DNA of 48,188 nucleotides from Selaginella moellendorffii (Eukaryota; Plantae; Lycopodiophyta): NCBI RefSeq assembly GCF_000143415.4, contig NW_003314362.1, positions 420,072 to 468,259 of the forward strand, read 5' to 3'. Shown piece by piece: positions 43,874 to 48,188 of this stretch (position 1 is its first letter; each line of letters starts with the position of its first letter). The notes under the pieces were generated by a model. It saw only the letters and a program-made list of their open reading frames with translations, ran no database searches and was not told where the DNA came from. The position numbers and the translations under genes were made by a program.

Positions 43874-46126
43874 ATGCCTCCCACTAGCGAGCTTGCAATC
43901 GCAAACTCGCGCTCTACACTAGCAGAAGAAATTCGATGCGTGACCGATGCCACCGACGCGGCAACATATGCCAGCATCCTCCGCAAGTGCTGCGTCGAGA
44001 AATCTCTCGAGCAAGCCCGGCTAGCGCACTCCAAGCTGCGCAAGAGCGAGCACCGGGACAGTCGATTCATTCAGAACTTGCTGGTGGAGATGTATGGCAA
44101 GTGTGGCAGCACCCAAGATGCGTCCTTGGTCTTCGAGAGCATGCGAGAGAGAAATGTGGTGTCTTGGAATGTCATGGTTTCTGCCATGGCCAAGAACAAG
44201 CAGCACGCCCAAGCCATCGAAGTCTTCCGGAGAATGCTGCTCGATGGAACCAGGCCACACAAAGTAACGTATCTCAGTGCTCTCGATGCTTGCTCGGGCT
44301 TGAGCGTTGATATCGGACGACAAATCCACAGGCTTATCAATGAGAGTGGCTGTGATCAAGACTTGGCTGTGGCAAACAGCGTGATCAACATGTATGGGAG
44401 GTGTGGTGGGATCGACGACGCAAAGATTGTGTTTTCGAGCATGGAGGTACGAGATGTTGTCTCCTGGAACTCCTTCCTCTCAGCATATGCCCGTAATGGG
44501 TATTCCATTCGAGTTTTGGGATTGTTTGAGGAGATGGATGTGAAGCCGGACAAGGTGACTTATCTTGCGGTTCTAGACGCATGCGCCACAATGGCTGCTT
44601 TGCAACGAGGAAAAGAGATCCACCATCGCATAGCTGTGGAGGACGAGCAGCTTCTCTCGGACACTATGCTTGGGAACTCGCTGCTCAACATGTATGGCAA
44701 ATGCCACAGCGTGGACGACGCAGCTAAAGTTTTTGAGTCGATGGATGGTCGCAGGAGGGTTGTCACTTGGACAGGGATGATATCGGTCTACGCTCAAAAC
44801 AGCCATGGCTGGGACGCTTTGAGATTGTTTCGAGAGATGGACCAGGAAGGGGTGAAGGCAAACGTGGTTACATTTGTGACGATCTTGGATGCTTGTGCCG
44901 ATGTTGGTGCGCTAGAAAAGGGCCGAGAATTGCACGCTCGGATCGTCCAAGCTGGGCTCTCGAGCAGCGTGATCCTGGGGAACAGTGTGATGAACATGTA
45001 TACGAAGTGTGGGAGCTTGGAGGATGCTAGAAGTTTGTTTGAGATCCTTCTTCACGACAATGTGGTGGCCTGGAACACACTGATGACGATGTTTGTCAAG
45101 CATGAGAAATTCAGTGATGTTCTACACTTGCTTTGCAAGATGGACAACGAAGGCTTAAGGCCGGACGAGATCACTTATCTCAACGTTGTAAGCTCGCTGG
45201 AAACTCCAAACACTCCACTCTTTGAACGCGTCTTTGCGAGGATTGTCTCCGATGGTTTAGAATCCAATCTCTTCGTAGGTCATGCTCTTGTGAGCTTGCA
45301 TTGTCGCAGTGGAAACTTGGAGCAAGCCAGGAAGATATTCGATCTGGTGGAGAGACGAGGAGTGGTGGCATGGACGGCCATGCTGTGTGGATATGCCGAG
45401 AGAGGACTCGGGAGAGAAGCTCTCCACCTTTTGAGAGAGATGGATCTGGAGGGTATAAAGCCTGACTCGGTGACTTTCATTGGAGCGGTGGATGCTTGCG
45501 CTAGCCTTCCGTGCCTAACACGAGGAAGAAACATCCACCAAAGAATCGAGAGAATCTATGGGTCTCAACTCGACACAAACCTTGGAAACGCGCTTGTAAA
45601 CATGTATGGAAAGTGTGGCAACTTGGTTCTAGCAAGAGGAACGTTCCAGTTAATGAGAAAAGATCTTGTCTCTTGGAATGCCATGATCGCAGCGTATGCC
45701 CATAACGGGCATGGCAGTGAAACCGTGGAGCTCTTGCTAGAGTTGAGCTTGGAAGGGATAGAACCCGACCACATAACTTTGCTGGGAGTGATTTTTGGTT
45801 GTGGCAATGCTGGGCTCCTGGAAGATGGGCTCGAGTACCTGACGAGGATGTACGATGACTATGGATTGATCCCACAAATGAATCACTATGGCTGCATGGT
45901 TGATCTCCTTGGAAAGGCTGGGTGGCTTGAGCAAGCAAAAACTTTGATTGACCATATGCCAGTGCAAGCCGATGCAATAGCCTGGCAAGCTCTATTGGGT
46001 GCTTGCAACACGCATGGAGAGGTAAAACTTGGATCTAGAGTAGCCACGCAGGTGGTGGAAATGGCGCCAAGAGGTACTAGTACATATGTTCTCCTCTCAA
46101 ACATCTATTCCGGTGTAAGAAAATAA
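43874..46126 (+). CDS. PLS-class PPR protein with E domain, 750 aa, no DYW
   Basis: Intronless P-L-S motifs ending HYGCMVDLLGKAG..WQALLGACNTHG..TYVLLSNIYS. Confidence 0.95.
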   Translation: MPPTSELAIANSRSTLAEEIRCVTDATDAATYASILRKCCVEKSLEQARLAHSKLRKSEHRDSRFIQNLLVEMYGKCGSTQDASLVFESMRERNVVSWNVMVSAMAKNKQHAQAIEVFRRMLLDGTRPHKVTYLSALDACSGLSVDIGRQIHRLINESGCDQDLAVANSVINMYGRCGGIDDAKIVFSSMEVRDVVSWNSFLSAYARNGYSIRVLGLFEEMDVKPDKVTYLAVLDACATMAALQRGKEIHHRIAVEDEQLLSDTMLGNSLLNMYGKCHSVDDAAKVFESMDGRRRVVTWTGMISVYAQNSHGWDALRLFREMDQEGVKANVVTFVTILDACADVGALEKGRELHARIVQAGLSSSVILGNSVMNMYTKCGSLEDARSLFEILLHDNVVAWNTLMTMFVKHEKFSDVLHLLCKMDNEGLRPDEITYLNVVSSLETPNTPLFERVFARIVSDGLESNLFVGHALVSLHCRSGNLEQARKIFDLVERRGVVAWTAMLCGYAERGLGREALHLLREMDLEGIKPDSVTFIGAVDACASLPCLTRGRNIHQRIERIYGSQLDTNLGNALVNMYGKCGNLVLARGTFQLMRKDLVSWNAMIAAYAHNGHGSETVELLLELSLEGIEPDHITLLGVIFGCGNAGLLEDGLEYLTRMYDDYGLIPQMNHYGCMVDLLGKAGWLEQAKTLIDHMPVQADAIAWQALLGACNTHGEVKLGSRVATQVVEMAPRGTSTYVLLSNIYSGVRK

Positions 46127-46214
46127 TAGCCCGTAAGTGCGATTCGCAATCTATAAAACCTCCTTTTTCATCCACTTGTGATGCTAGGCGATGATCTAGT
46201 GTTAGTGTGCAAGG

Positions 46215-46468
46215 CGATGCCATTGCTTGCAGACGCGCGCGGCTTTGAGGATGAGATCTGGGCTTGAAGCAAGACAAGATTTCGAGCTCAGGGAGCTTGT
46301 GGCCCGCAAAACTCCCAGAGATCCATGGTTGGAGCCATGGGTTGTGCTACAGTGTGGCCACCGCTTGCATATCCAATATCCAATATGCAACAGTTCATTT
46401 CTGTTGTGTCCTAGCTGGATGATGGTCCTTCACTGGACACTCTCCTCAACAGGGAGCTTGATCATGAA
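46215..46468. pseudogene. 5' fragments of an F-box paralog, partly inverted
   Basis: gatgccattgcttgcaga..ggctttgaggat (46216-46253) has the same orientation as ~40967-41003. RELVARKTPRDPWLEPWVVLQCGHRL then reads on the plus strand (inverted). Confidence 0.8.
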
Positions 46469-46989
46469 TTTTCTTTCCACACAGATTTGAAATACCTAAA
46501 AAATAAAGAAAGTTAAATTTAAAAAAATAGAAAGTGATAAAAGTATATATGAAAATTTATAGCATATGTGTTTTTACCCTTTACTCTATAGTGAATTACC
46601 ATAGGTTAACCATAGAGTAAAACTTAACTTTTAAATATATATATTATAGGTAACGAAGCAAAACCGAGTTTCAAGGCCTTGGGCCTCTAAACAAACAAAT
46701 CAAGCTAAAACTCATGAATGTACAATTAAGGAATGAAAAGACAAAAGCATAAAGTAACTCTCAAACATATAACTTATGAGTGAAAGAAGAGGAATATGGA
46801 ATGACATTGGAATGGTATTAAAGAATCTAACATCCCAACGCTAAGATTAGCACGTAAATGGAGCAAAATGTAATTTGGCACTATTTTAGCATATCAGTGG
46901 CTTAATATGAGGATATCATTAACTAATATAGTATAAAGCTTAAGTTTAAACCCAAATTGAATACAGAATAAAAACAAACATGCCTAACT

Positions 46990-48188
46990 CCCCCAACTAA
47001 TCATTATGCAAAATTGTACTATTACTCTATGATAGCATTTATAAAAGTTAAACTTCCTTTGTTCATCAACATGAGCATGCTAGTGCATCTATATATAAAT
47101 AAATAAATAGTATGTGAGTCATTTTTCATATACTCTTCAAACATATACCAACATCAATAATTCTGTATACCCAAAGCTTTAGTTTGTAATAAAGTTACAA
47201 ATATGGAGTTGTATCAAGAATTAATTTCATATGGTTAGAGACATTTACTATCAATACATCAAAGTTCTATAGGTGACTTCACATTGAAATGCATGCAAGG
47301 AATTTGCTCTAGTGTCCTTTGTGCAACTCACTCCAGGAAAATACAAGCTGTTGCATATCTTATCACCTCACAACCTGCATCCTTTAGTTTTGCATTCACA
47401 TATAGAATCTCCCACATTGTCAAGTTCTAATATTGTGGGAGAAAATCTTGAAGAAGCCTAACCTTGATAACATTTTTCAATAAAATTGCTTTCTAGCCTA
47501 TATTTTTATGATGGTGATACAATGTGCATCATTAGACACCAATTGATGTAGCTATATCCCTTATATTGTAGCCTTCTAACGATTTTACACTTACCCATAC
47601 AAGAACTTGCTCATTTATCAACAAACCATTCATATCTATGATCCTTACTAAATTGATCCATTGCAACAAATTCACAACACACAAAATACAATGAAAACAG
47701 GCTCATGTGCTTCTCACCTATAAACCCTAAATCCAATTATACAACCTGCTGACATAGCAACAAAGTTGAGCTAGAAAAATATGCATATATGACAAGATGA
47801 AAATGCATACCCATGCATGACCATATATGAAAAAAAACATATTTACCAAACTTGAGTCTTTATCAAACTGTTTTAGAAAATTTACACATATTTTACATAT
47901 GTCTTACCTAGAAAGACATATGTTTTTCCAACCCTACTATACCCCATATAGGTTCAAGATGAATCTACCTCCCCCTAGAAACAGGTGTTAACTGCCAACA
48001 ACAAATTAATTGCCATTGACATGACTTAATGAGAAATATAAAATAATCTTTTCATGACCAAACAACAAGACTTCTTGATGCATTTGTTCTCTAAACAACA
48101 TTCTCATGTTGTAATACGAATTCAAAGATAAACATAAGGTGGTGTCAGCTTCACGTGTCTCTAGCAATATCATGTGGTACAATATCAC
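46990..48188 (-). mobile_element. Highly decayed TE-like remnant (possibly LTR retrotransposon pol)
   Basis: CpG-depleted with strand-biased composition and only faint RT-like traces. No intact motif is visible. Confidence 0.25.

Overview
Eukaryotic plant nuclear DNA. It is most likely a lycophyte such as Selaginella, inferred from 50-70 bp GT-AG introns, very tight gene spacing and PLS-class PPR genes with 'MDLEGIKP'-type motifs. The left 21.6 kb is a near-identical ~9.8 kb direct duplication (22-9821 and 11824-21644). Each copy carries scrambled PPR fragments, a decayed asparaginyl-tRNA synthetase fragment and a head-to-head pair of intact, uninterrupted paralogous ORFs (265 and 279 aa). 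These ORFs are of unrecognised family, with a helix/strand pattern suggestive of Cyt/Evf/volvatoxin-type cytolysins, and are separated by a hairpin-containing repeat array. This pair is the best candidate for an undescribed system. The rest of the window holds an F-box/LRR gene head-to-head with a 963-aa PPR gene, two degraded tRNA genes, a degenerate inverted duplication and a large orphan gene with acidic repeats. It also holds an older tandem duplication of a PPR-USE1-F-box-PPR block showing reciprocal gene loss, plus AT-rich repeat remnants. All family assignments are from recognition by eye; no database search was run.
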